Both the position numbers and the translations under genes were made by a program. The notes under the pieces were generated by a model. It saw nothing but the letters and a program-made list of their open reading frames with translations. It was not told the DNA's origin and did not search any database. DNA of 63,520 nucleotides, filler included, from Octopus bimaculoides (Eukaryota), in assembly GCF_001194135.2 (NCBI RefSeq). It is 4 parts of 4 records of this genome, joined end to end, with 100 filler letters (N's around TTAATTAATTAA, not from the genome) between each part and the next. Parts side by side here need not be neighbours in the genome. Positions count along the whole stretch, not along the records: positions 31,140 to 59,696 come from NC_068981.1; positions 59,797 to 61,711 come from NW_026352718.1; positions 61,812 to 63,520 come from NW_026410014.1; 1 more part is not named here. One strand, given 5' to 3'. Below, piece by piece: positions 52,271 to 63,520 of this stretch (position 1 is its first letter; each line of letters begins with the position of its first letter).

Positions 52271-53617
52271 CAGGTTTCAAGTTAGAGTATCCTTCTCTCA
52301 GGTTCCTTAACACGCACATACATATGCTCATGGATATACTCACATTATGGTAAAGCCGTTGACTCTCCTGAATATGACAGGCTTTGTTTGCGCTTTTCAC
52401 ACCGTTGCGTGTCTAAAAATCATCCTTATCTTCGAGCTGGACCGGGAGTTCCCAGTTTAGTCACTGACGAGTCGACCATGCGACAGGATGTACTGGCTTA
52501 CATGTTATACAAATAGCAATCACAAGCAAAGGAGGGAGTGGTCAGACAAACAGGCAGACAAGTAGTCAAACAACTAGCAGCATGCATACATATATACGTA
52601 TATATTTTCATTCACGCATACATACAAACATGCATATATATATACATACATACATCTGCAGTTGCTCAACCTGAACAATAGCTTCCAATTTATACCTATA
52701 ATTACTAGGGAACCTAGATACGTAAATAAACACCAATCTTGAGAAGCTGCGCTTCACAAAACTACGAAAATCACGGTTAATTAAGAGATTACAGCCATTG
52801 TTAATTAAAGGCACTATCAAAACAAATAAGGCATTCTAGAAATTTAGCGTATGATAAACGCATATACGCTCCTGTAGCCATACAATCATATGTATGCATA
52901 TGTCTTGAAGTCAAAACGTATAGATACACACATTTAATGACATCCATGCCTATACATATGTACACGTGTGAACATACTTAACCGTATGTATGCAGGCTTA
53001 AACACATACATACTAGCAGAAAGAGTGCGCTCCATGCGGTTTCCTGCAAGTCAAACCTGGAGTGTGTGTATGTTTATATTAGAGACAGTGTGTGTGTTTA
53101 TATTAGAGAGACAGTGTGTATGTGTGTTTGTGTGAGAGAGAGGGAGAGAGAGAGAAGGGTGAGGAGAGAAGATTACAAACAATGAATGAAGTAAACATGA
53201 AAACTCCAATTTATAAAAAATCTCACTTGCTTAGTAAAATTTTCTTTCAGTAATTTATCGTACTTGTAATATATCTCTAATTTAAACAAACTTTAGCGTG
53301 CTAGAAATAGCATCGATCACAGTTATTATTGTAAGGTTTATAGCATTCCAAGTAGCTATACCAAGAAAATCACTTCTTAATTAAAATAAAAAAAGAATAA
53401 TAATAATAATATCGGTATATCAAAAAAATTTCATTTTATGAAACATAAACCCCAAAGTTATAAAGCTATTTTGTCTAATAGCATTAATTCATTCAATAAA
53501 ACATTTTTTTACATTACATATATAAAATAAACTGTGGGTTTTGCAAATAGCGAATTAGAACTTGAAATGAAGATTTTGAAGTCAATATATATTAGATCAT
53601 CATTAATGAATATAGAG

Positions 53618-53655
<38 letters not shown>

Positions 53656-54327
53656 TGCAAACCATTTGCGTTTTTTTTTATCAGAGTACAAAGTTTAACG
53701 GACCTGACTAAAGCAAGCCAGCACGCTCGCACAATTACCACGGGCGATGGCGCGGCGAAGGCGTTAAATCTACTCCGCCGTAAATTTATGAAAAACTTGT
53801 AATTTAGATATTCAATAAACTTCAGAAATCGAAATTACGGGAAATTTCTTGGAACATGAATTTATAAAAGATTCTCCAGATAGTTGAGCCTTTAATAACT
53901 GCTTTCTTTTAGTAACTGTTACGTACCTAATTAATAAGCAGCTTTTTCCATTATAATACATACATACACAGTGTCTAAGTAACACTCTTGAGAAATTGGG
54001 ATTCTAAAAATCAGAAAGAAGTAAGCTGATTCGAAGACTGGAACTGTAAAATATCTGTAAAACCTTCCAGAAATTTATCATTTAAATATATACGAATATG
54101 TCTAGGCATGCGACTATATACATGAGAAAACATACATGAAACAAAACAAACAAATCTGCACATGCACTGAGTCCAAATACTTCACGTATCCACACATAGA
54201 TGCAAAAATACCCTGTTGATGTTGAAATTCCAACGAAGGAGCACTGGATCTAGGTTAGAAACCGGCTTTTTCTCTATCGACAAGAAATCTTGAAATGAAA
54301 CTGAATACTGATATACATACTTACATA

Positions 54328-54362
<35 letters not shown>

Positions 54363-54578
54363 GTACGTCCGTACATGACGGCACCGTTGACGTTGTCTAC
54401 AAACCAATGAAACGTCTTGTTTCTGAGTTTGAAACTAGCTGTTTGCATTCTGAGTTTGAATTCCGCCGGGGTTCACTTTACCTTTCACTCTATCGTGATC
54501 AATAAAATAAGTACCAACTGAACACTGGTAATCGACTAACTCTCTGTCTACCACTAAAATCGCTGGCCTTACACCAAA

Positions 54579-54891
54579 GTTTTTTTTATGCACCCTTTTA
54601 AAGCCTAGCCAGGCTCATGGGCCCGGTTTCCCGGTTTCTATGGCCTATGTGTTCCCCCCAGCTGGACCGGACGCCAGTCCATCGCAGCTTTACTCAAGAA
54701 ACAGGAAGTAAGAGTGAGAGAAAGTTGGGGCGAAAGAGTACAACAGGGGTCGCCACCACCACCCTGCCAGAGCCTCGTGGAGCTTTAGGTGTTTTCGCTC
54801 AATAAACACACACAACGCTCGGTCTGGGAATCGAAACCGCGATTCTCCGACCGCGAGCCCGATGCCCTAACCACTGGGCTATTGCACCTCC
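54579..54891 (-). mobile_element. SINE family A with tail T2, nested in a family B copy
   Basis: Reverse complement of the 26907-27222 element; 8-bp TSD ACACCAAA at 54571-54578 and 54892-54899 splits a family B tail (GCTGGCCTT...CCAAA|ATTTGGAACC). Confidence 0.88.
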
Positions 54892-56482
54892 ACACCAAAA
54901 TTTGGAACCATTATTATCGTTGCTACCAATAGCAGGAATTTGGCAGAATAGTTCGAGGTTTGGCTGAAAATGTTTTGACGTATTTACTTAAGCACCTTTT
55001 CGTTCTGGATTCAAAACCAGTCGCATTAAACTTAGCATTTTATTATCATCCTCACTAAAGTTGAAGCAATAAAGTATCAGTCAAGTAATGAGGTCTATTA
55101 CTGGACTATGTCCCTTGTTGTCCCTCTGTTAGGAACTATTATCACAACTACTAATAACATAATTAGCATCATCATATCTCTCACCACTATCATCGTATGC
55201 TATCGCCACCACCAAACTGACACCGTCATCACACTAAGCTATCACCACGACCACCACGCTACTTCCATTATCACTTAGTCTTGGTTCGACTCGGAAGACT
55301 GAGAGACATCAGAATGTGTGTTTGCATATGTGTGCATGTGTATGCATGTTGCATGCGTGGCGTGAAGTGAGTGAGATCATGGTGGTTGGTCGAGTGACGA
55401 TAAGAACCGCCGCCACTGCCGCCGCCGCCACCGCCGCCGCCACNNNNNNNNNNNNNNNNNNNNNNNNNNNNNNNNNNNNNNNNNNNNNNNNNNNNNNNNN
55501 NNNNNNNNNNNNNNNNNNNNNNNNNNNNNNNNNNNNNNNNNNNNNNNNNNNNNNNNNNNNNNNNNNNNNNNNNNNNNNNNNNNNNNNNNNNNNNNNNNNN
55601 NNNNNNNNNNNNNNNNNNNNNNNNNNNNNNNNNNNNNNNNNNNNNNNNNNNNNNNNNNNNNNNNNNNNNNNNNNNNNNNNNNNNNNNGGTTGTCACCATT
55701 GGCAGCAGTTGTCTGACACCCGGTTCACAGTAACCACGAAACCAATGACGAAGACTCCTGTCATGTAACAGTTTCACCTAATAAAATTAGAAATAACGGG
55801 TCTTATTCGTTTAAGTGAGTATATTTTTTAAAAATATCTGACCCCACCAAATTGACGAAAAAAAAAAAAAAACCTAAAAAGCCTGTAGAAGTTTACTGGA
55901 AATATAAAAAAAAATATAAAAAAGAAACCAACGAACCGGCTCAAAATTAGAGGCTGTGTCAAGCACTTATTTGTAGTTTTAAATGCCGTTCCAAAGAATC
56001 TCAATCGAATACTTTATAAACGTATTAATATATAAATTACATGGATGAAGAACACGAATATCTTGTAATGGCTATATTAGTTTTTGATGAAAGTAATGCG
56101 AATTCAAAAATCGGAGCATTAGTATTGTACCGCTTCACTTTCTGAAAATTTTAAATGCTGTACTTTCAATTTATTAAGGATAAAAATGTAATTGCAAATG
56201 CAAATAAAATATATTTATACATTTTAAATGTAAACGAAATATAAAGCAATTTTTTATATATATATATATATTCCTATATTCGTAAACACCATACACAATA
56301 AAAGAAATAGAGAGAATTCTTGTAAATCACACAACCCTAATCGGATTCTGATTGAAGGGGAAACATATAACAAATTTAAATGATTATTATGCCGCAGACG
56401 ATCGCCCTCCAACTCCACCCCGCATACCAGTCGGGCAATGTGGCCGTTGGAAGTTCTACGTTAGTAATAAAAGCAAGCTTTT

Positions 56483-57100
56483 GAGGCGGCGAGCTGTGAG
56501 AATCGTTAGCACGTCGGGGAAAATGTTTAGCGGCATTTCGTCTGCCTTTACGTTCTGGGTTCAAATTCGGCCGTGGTCGACTTTGCCTTTCATCCTATCG
56601 GGAGTTGATAAAATAAGCACCAGCTGAGCACTAATCAACTTAGCCCTTCCCTCGAATTTCTGTGCCAAAATTCGAACCCGTTATTTCAGGTTTAGTGGTG
56701 GGTAACAGCGACGACGTTCTCGGGGAAACTCTGGGTGTCGACGAGGACAAACTAGGTAGTGTGTTTTGGAAGACTTTCGGGCTGCGAACTACCATGGATT
56801 ATTTCCCGAAATCCTTGATCTGACAGTTCTATCGAATAAACTCTATAGGCATGGAAATGTCTTCAGGCTGGACTGTCTGAGATGCGCGAAGAGCGACGAA
56901 ACCATACTGCGCGCACTTGTGTAGTAGTGTTCGAGCATAATTGACTTGTGAGGTTATGCTGAACACCTGGTGTTAGTTCTAGGTTCAAATTCCGTCGAGG
57001 CTGTCTTTACTTTCCACCCTTTAAGAATTGATAAAATAAGTAATAATCGAGTACTGGGTCGTTGTCACCGACAAACCCCTTCCCACAAAATTTCAGGCCT
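56483..57100 (+). mobile_element. SINE family B copies (~56483-56680 near full, ~56975-57100 partial)
   Basis: GAGGCGGCGAGCTGTGAGAATCGTTAGCACG...GGTTCAAATTCGGCCGTGGTCGACTTTGCCTTTCATCC, plus a second core and tail. Confidence 0.8.
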
Positions 57101-57363
57101 GTGTTTGGATGTGTTTTGACATCTGGATCTAAATATCTCTTATTATCATTTCAGGTTAACCGAAACCTCGTCTTTTGACAGCAATGCTTTTACAACTACA
57201 ATGGTGCTAAGATGAACAGGTTTTGCCTTCGTCTTTTAATAACATCAGTGACATGGCGGGAGAAGACTTGCGTGCACGACCAACTGTTAGTCTTCCATAA
57301 GAAACATTGTCCAGGTTAATGCCTTGGAGAGAAGCTTTCATGTTATGAGATTGTCTATAACAG

Positions 57364-57855
57364 ATGCAGGTATGGCCGTGTGGTTAAGAAGTTCGCTTTG
57401 CAATCAAATGGTTTCGGACTGTTTCACTGCGAGGCACCTTGGGTGAGCTACTTCTACTATAGCCCCTAACTGACTAATACCTTTAAGCAAATTTGGTAGG
57501 CGGAAACTTTGTGGAAGCCCGTCGTACATACATATATATATGCGCGCGAACACACACACATACTTGAGAGTGGACAAAGGAAAGAAAATGGAACCCAACA
57601 CATTTGGTAGGAGTTACATCTCTATTATTTAATAACAATTTGACCCTGTCCCACGTGGGATTGAAAACAAAGAAAATAATTGATGTCGCTTTCAGACCGA
57701 TAACAACATATGATATAGGTTTATCAATAGAGGTCTTACATTTAGAAGCATCTTGCATTTGTCTCGTATTTGGGGTCGATATGTTCTACACTAAACTCTT
57801 CAAGACGGTGCCCCAGCATGGTCTCGCAGACCAGTGACTGAAACATGTAAAAGGT
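57364..57855 (+). mobile_element. SINE family D, head and core 57364-57526, tail ~57770-57855 (other degenerate D copies at ~230-480, ~15150-15290, ~62990-63135, all +)
   Basis: GGCCGTGTGGTTAAGAAGTTCGC head; CAAGACGGTGCCCCAGCATGG...GACTGAAACATGTAAAAG tail. Confidence 0.72.
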
Positions 57856-58883
57856 TGTTTAAGAACAGACGAGACATCGGTGATTGAGTTAGTTCAGTTG
57901 ATCGAACAACCCGTTGCTCATCATCGATACCAACGGATGATCCATCATCATTATCACAAAACTCTACGTTCACTATAATAATACCTGAAAGCTAACGCCT
58001 CTCATCTCATCTACCTCTTCAACTCCGACAACAGGTGCAGCAGTTGCAGTAACTGCAACAGAAGCAGCAGCAGCAGCAGCTGCAGCAACAGCGGCAGCTA
58101 TATCATCCCTTGTGTACTGACCTGCTTCAGCTACTAAATAAGCGCTATGTGCACATGTTGAACTGATTTCCCAATCTGCCTGGATTACTGCCTGGATTCT
58201 TAACTTCCTCTTTCCCTCCTCATCTCTCTTCTATCCCTGTCTGTCTGCCTCTCTATATTTATCATCATCTATCCATGTATTTATCCTAAGCCATGCTTTC
58301 TTTGTTTGTTTTCTCCCTTTTCTCTTTTACTCTATATTCCCATTCCGCTGTGTGTTTCTCTCTCTCTATATATCAGCCAGCCTCCCGCTCTTCTCCATCT
58401 CGTAAACATTGAATTATTAAGAACCAACAAATTCGTTTATAAAGCCTAACAACAATAAACAAGAAGCAGAAGGCTAAGCTGATTATCGATTTGCTCAGCT
58501 TTGCATTAAATTCGGCTGCCTTGTTTTAGCCTTAATTATAGAGTGGCGTTGGTTTAATTCTCGTCGAAAATTGCCTTACCCCTGGTTTTGATTTTTGCCT
58601 TAATTCTACTCCGCCTTTGTCTTAATTCTACCCGCCCTTGTCTTAATTCTGCCTTATCCAATTTTAGAATAAGAATGAGACAATGATGTTACTGAACAAT
58701 GATATTCTACAACACCACTGTCTCAGACCTATTCGGGAACCATTTTAGCTGTGCCCTGCCATTGCTGTTTCCTTAGATTTAACATGTTTTCCAATCCTGC
58801 TTCAGCAATGCCTTAATGCTGTCATGGCACTGTCTTTAATTTAGCTCTATGTGTCTTTGCCTTGGTTCCGCCACATCGTTGCC

Positions 58884-59094
58884 TTAACCCTACAACATTC
58901 AAACTGGCCATATTCTACTTGTTTTACTCTCAAAATAGCCAAGCCCGGTCTCTCACAACTATACTATAACTCCATCTTAAAACTAAACAATCACGTCATC
59001 GAAATCTCGAAGCTACGAGATAATGCATGAATAATCCAAAACAGTGTAAATAAATTCATTGGAGATAATAATCTGAATGCTAAAGGGCTGTTAA
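58884..59094. mobile_element. piggyBac-like non-autonomous element
   Basis: TTAA-CCCTACAACATTCAAA at the left and TCTGAATGCTAAAGGG-ctg-TTAA at the right; termini match 12/16 as inverted repeats with CCC/GGG ends. Confidence 0.55.
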
Positions 59095-59647
59095 GATTGC
59101 TCTGGTATTGCTTGAGTTCTAACTTTACCTTACCCTAGTTCTGCCCTAGTTTTCTCTTAGTTCTTCTTTGTTGTTTCATTAGTTGTTCGATAGCATTGCC
59201 TTCATTTTACACTGGAATTGTTTAATTCTTGTTTGGTATTACCTTCGTTATGCTTTGTCTTAGCTTAGTTCAGCATTGTCATAATGCTGTCCTGCTACCG
59301 AGGGCCAGATTGCAACCAACACACAAAAGCAACAATTAGAGCATTCACAGGACATTATTTTCAGGACATTATTTTCACACACAAACATACACATATGTAT
59401 CAGTGTGCGGCACATTGGGCAGGTGGTTTCCATTATATATTCAAGTCGACCGCAATCTTCTGGTTGAAATTCAATGGATGGACGGACGGTTAGATGTTAT
59501 ACACCGTCCCCGCTCACGTGTGGAAGACTTCCTCCGTTGCATTTAAATGATCACCGAATTGGCTGTGTGGCTAACATTCGGAGCAGGTCTTCGGAGCGAA
59601 CATTTAGGTTGTTTTACTCAAGATAAATTTACATATACCGACATACG

Positions 59648-59696
<49 letters not shown>

Positions 59697-60457
59697 NNNN
59701 NNNNNNNNNNNNNNNNNNNNNNNNNNNNNNNNNNNNNNNNTTAATTAATTAANNNNNNNNNNNNNNNNNNNNNNNNNNNNNNNNNNNNNNNNNNNNCTGC
59801 TTACTACGCCCGACAACAACAGGAAAATAGTTAATAAAACATGTTGTCATCAACAATAAGCGTTAGACTGGGTGACGCCGTGCACCCAGGGTTTCAACAG
59901 CTGACGTACGGCTGAGCATAAGGTCAACAGCAAGACTAACTACAGCTACATAAAGTGACATGGTTATTTTCAACGTGCCACAAGGGACATGGAGCATAAA
60001 AAAAAGACAATCTATGGATCGAGCGTTGTCATATTATGGAGACATGGTTCCTATATTTTCAATTTCTTTCCGTCGGGGTCATCGTCTTTTCAATAATAAT
60101 AACACGATGGAGAAGAATGGCTTGTTAAGAACTATACTTTGGAAGCATAGAAGGACTACGAGTTTATTACATATTCTTTCTGCTAATACTACACGCTGTG
60201 ATTTCTCTAAAGAATTCTATCGAAAATATTCCTTATTTCATCTCCATTTTGTCGGGTGGCGGGGTGGAATCATTTTGAATGCCAGAACCTTTATATAGAT
60301 GTTGCATAATTAAAATAATTTTGCAGTATTACTATATACTTCTGCTGGTAACCTCCTTTATACTGGAGAATACGTGTGTATATCTTTGACTATACCACAT
60401 GTATTATACACAAACGTATATGTGCGGTCATATCTATCCACCCCTATTACTCTTATT

Positions 60458-60552
<95 letters not shown>

Positions 60553-60628
60553 ATTGAGTGGACAAACGAAAGTGGCACTCAAGTTGCACGGAGCCGAATG
60601 AAACTGTTATTAAATAATAATAGTAATA

Positions 60629-60663
<35 letters not shown>

Positions 60664-61460
60664 CGTGCATGTATGTATGTTCTTGCATGTGTGTATGTAT
60701 GTATATGCATATGTGTATGTATGTACGTACGTATGTATGTACGTACATATGTATGTGTACGTATGTGTGCGCATATATATGTATGTATTTTTGTATATAT
60801 GAATGTATATATATACGTATGTGTATAAGCATGTATGTATGTATGTATGTATGTACATGTGTGTATGTACGTNNNNNNNNNNNNNNNNNNNNNNNNNNNN
60901 NNNNNNNNNNNNNNNNNNNNNNNNNNNNNNNNNNNNNNNNNNNNNNNNNNNNNNNNNNNNNNNNNNNNNNNNNNNNNNNNNNNNNNNNNNNNNNNNNNNN
61001 NNNNNNNNNNNNNNNNNNNNNNNNNNNNNNNNNNNNNNNNNNNNNNNNNNNNNNNNNNNNNNNNNNNNNNNNNNNNNNNNNNNNNNNNNNNNNNNNNNNN
61101 NNNNNNNNNNNNNNNNNNNNNNNNNNNNNNNNNNNNNNNNNNNNNNNNNNNNNNNNNNNNNNNNNNNNNNNNNNNNNNNNNNNNNNNNNNNNNNNNNNNN
61201 NNNNNNNNNNNNNNNNNNNNNNNNNNNNNNNNNNNNNNNNNNNNNNNNNNNNNNNNNNNNNNNNNNNNNNNNNNNNNNNNNNNNNNNNNNNNNNNNNNNN
61301 NNNNNNNNNNNNNNNNNNNNNNNNNNNNNNNNNNNNNNNNNNNNNNNNNNNNNNNNNNNNNNNNNNNNNNNNNNNNNNNNNNNNNNNNNNNNNNGTGGTG
61401 GTGGTGGTGGTGGTGGTGGTGTAATAAGTGTCTGACAGTTATTGTTTTGTTTTTTTTCAG

Positions 61461-61556
61461 TCATGTTGTCGTAAAACAATATTTCACGGAAGTTGACGGT
61501 CCGATGCAACTTACACAATCTATGAACGAGTTGATAACACAGAACACATGCAAAAG
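61461..61556 (+). CDS. Candidate internal coding exon, 96 nt, symmetric phase 2; product unknown
   Basis: Acceptor TTGTTTTGTTTTTTTTTCAG ends at 61460; donor AAG|GTAACA at 61557; only one open frame, HVVVKQYFTEVDGPMQLTQSMNELITQNTCK; non-repetitive island between low-complexity tracts. Confidence 0.45.
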
Positions 61557-62118
61557 GTAACAAACAACAAGAACAAAACTAAAAACAACAATAACAATAC
61601 AGCTAACGACAGCAACAACGACGACACAACGAACAGCAGCAACAACACAACTAGCTGTCGCAACACAACTAACGACAAAACAGCAACACATATCTAACAG
61701 CAAAAACAACANNNNNNNNNNNNNNNNNNNNNNNNNNNNNNNNNNNNNNNNNNNNTTAATTAATTAANNNNNNNNNNNNNNNNNNNNNNNNNNNNNNNNN
61801 NNNNNNNNNNNTGTTGCTTTTTTCCATTCGTTTTTAATGTCTTTTCATGCAGTCAACTCGCTTTACGCATCCCGACGGCAACATGATTACAGATTTCTCA
61901 ACGCCTACCCAATACAGCCTTGTATACACCAAACAACATACATATACATTATACATTATGTGCCTGTGTGTGCGTGTGTGTGTGTGTGTGTGCGTGTGTG
62001 AGTGTATGCATGTATGCATGCATGCATGCATGCATGTATGTATATAGATATGTATGTATGTATGTATGTATGTACACACCAGTAAAGTTCTACTCTTTTT
62101 GGTCGTTCTGAGGGACTA

Positions 62119-62365
<247 letters not shown>

Positions 62366-63481
62366 GAACGGAAGAGAAGGAATGAACGAACGAAAATGGC
62401 GAATAGCTAACTCCATACATTTGCACGACTAGCTGAATCTTACGCCGGTTTACATCTGTCAAAATAAATTTAATTCCCTACACCAGCCATTTCTCTTTGA
62501 TTCGCCTTTTTCTAACACGTTAATACATACATACACACACGTGTGTGTATGTGTGTATGTGTGTGTGTGTATACACACATACATATATATACACACACAT
62601 ACATACATACATACATACATATAGATATCTATTAACCAATGAATGTATAGTAAGGGAGAGTGAAAAAAAACGAGTAAATCCGGGAATATATATATATTTA
62701 CTTTGAATCTATTTTGAATGCGCGTCACGTTTTATTGTTATATTTCTAAAATAATTATTTATCTTAAAAAGAATTTTTATATATTTTTCTATCTTTTACT
62801 TGTAAGGCAGAGTGGGGAAAAAAACAGAGACTATGAAAGGACGGAGGGACAGAAAAAAATACAGAAGTGTTAATTTGGTTTCAATCTTTCTCGTTTTATG
62901 TTTCGCTTTTATTCTTATACAACATTTGCCTCCACAGATAATTCAATTAATACATCACACACACATGTAGATACATGATGGCTCTTGAGGCACAAGTATG
63001 GTTGAGTGGTTAAGCAGTTCGCCATGCAACCACGTGTATTTGTGTTCAGTCCCGTTGCGCGGCACATCGGGCACGCGACTTTCGCAAAGTATTGAGTGAA
63101 TTTGGGCGGCGAAAACTTGGCTGATGTCGTACGTGTATGTGTGTATGTATGTATGCATGTATGTATGTAGGTATGTATGTATGTATGTATGTATATATGT
63201 ATGTATGCATGTATGTTTGTATGTGTATTTATGTATATAATTATTAAGCAGAAAACACGTATGGTTTTCAAATCTTTATACTAACATACACGTGTTTCCT
63301 CAAATTGGTGTGATAGTTATATAACAGTTACAGAATTATCATGCAATTTTGTACTTCACCTCATTAGTGTACTGCACGCTAGCCTATGCCGTGGTTGATG
63401 TCCTGCATCGTACTACGCTAAATAGTGGCGTGGGACCTACACCTGAGCCCGATCTTGGGTTATTTGTCACGTTTTGCCGTG

Positions 63482-63520
<39 letters not shown>

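Noticed and set aside
52302-52349. 48-nt segment between CTTCTCTCAG and GTAAAG
   Set aside because: Weak donor and a low-complexity peptide (FLNTHIHMLMDILTL) typical of CA/TA-rich background.
52464-52490. CTGACGA-GTCG-accatg-CGAC, hammerhead-like first half
   Set aside because: Followed by AGGA rather than GAAA, with no helix I or III.
56690-56960. GC-rich stretch with a 43-codon + frame (LVVGNSDDVLGETLGVDEDKLGSVFWKTFGLR)
   Set aside because: No convincing exon boundaries or recognisable homology; possibly an old retroelement relic.
59960-60298. 112-aa ORF with a faint Tc1-like look (LFNNNNT, ILWKH)
   Set aside because: No intact DDE motifs; similarity too weak to call.

Overview
AT-rich, repeat-dense eukaryotic draft-assembly sequence with many N gaps and abundant (TA)n, (CA)n, (GA)n, (GATA)n, (TATG)n and triplet microsatellites. 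The repeat landscape looks like an octopus (coleoid cephalopod) intron or intergenic region; this is inferred from recalled SINE consensus motifs and was not verified by search. No complete protein-coding gene, tRNA or rRNA gene, or CRISPR array is supported, and almost all of the supplied ORF track is microsatellite or gap translation. The window contains (1) many copies of at least five tRNA-derived SINE families, labelled here A, B, C, D and E, which swap head, core and tail modules, several with clean TSDs; (2) decayed fragments of mariner, hAT, piggyBac-like, RTE, CR1/L2/Jockey-type, R4/Dong and possibly Gypsy elements; (3) one plausible 96-nt internal coding exon on + and one possible 30-nt micro-exon on -. 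The most interesting signals are three different minimal type-I hammerhead-ribozyme-like motifs, each with its own self-complementary helix III (a Penelope/retrozyme-like, dimer-cleaving architecture), a ~240-bp spacerless palindrome, a two-tailed young SINE family with GT microhomology at every 5' junction, a cluster of microhomology-mediated inversions and a templated duplication at 8-11 kb, and a 771-bp tandem amplification born inside a LINE 3' end.
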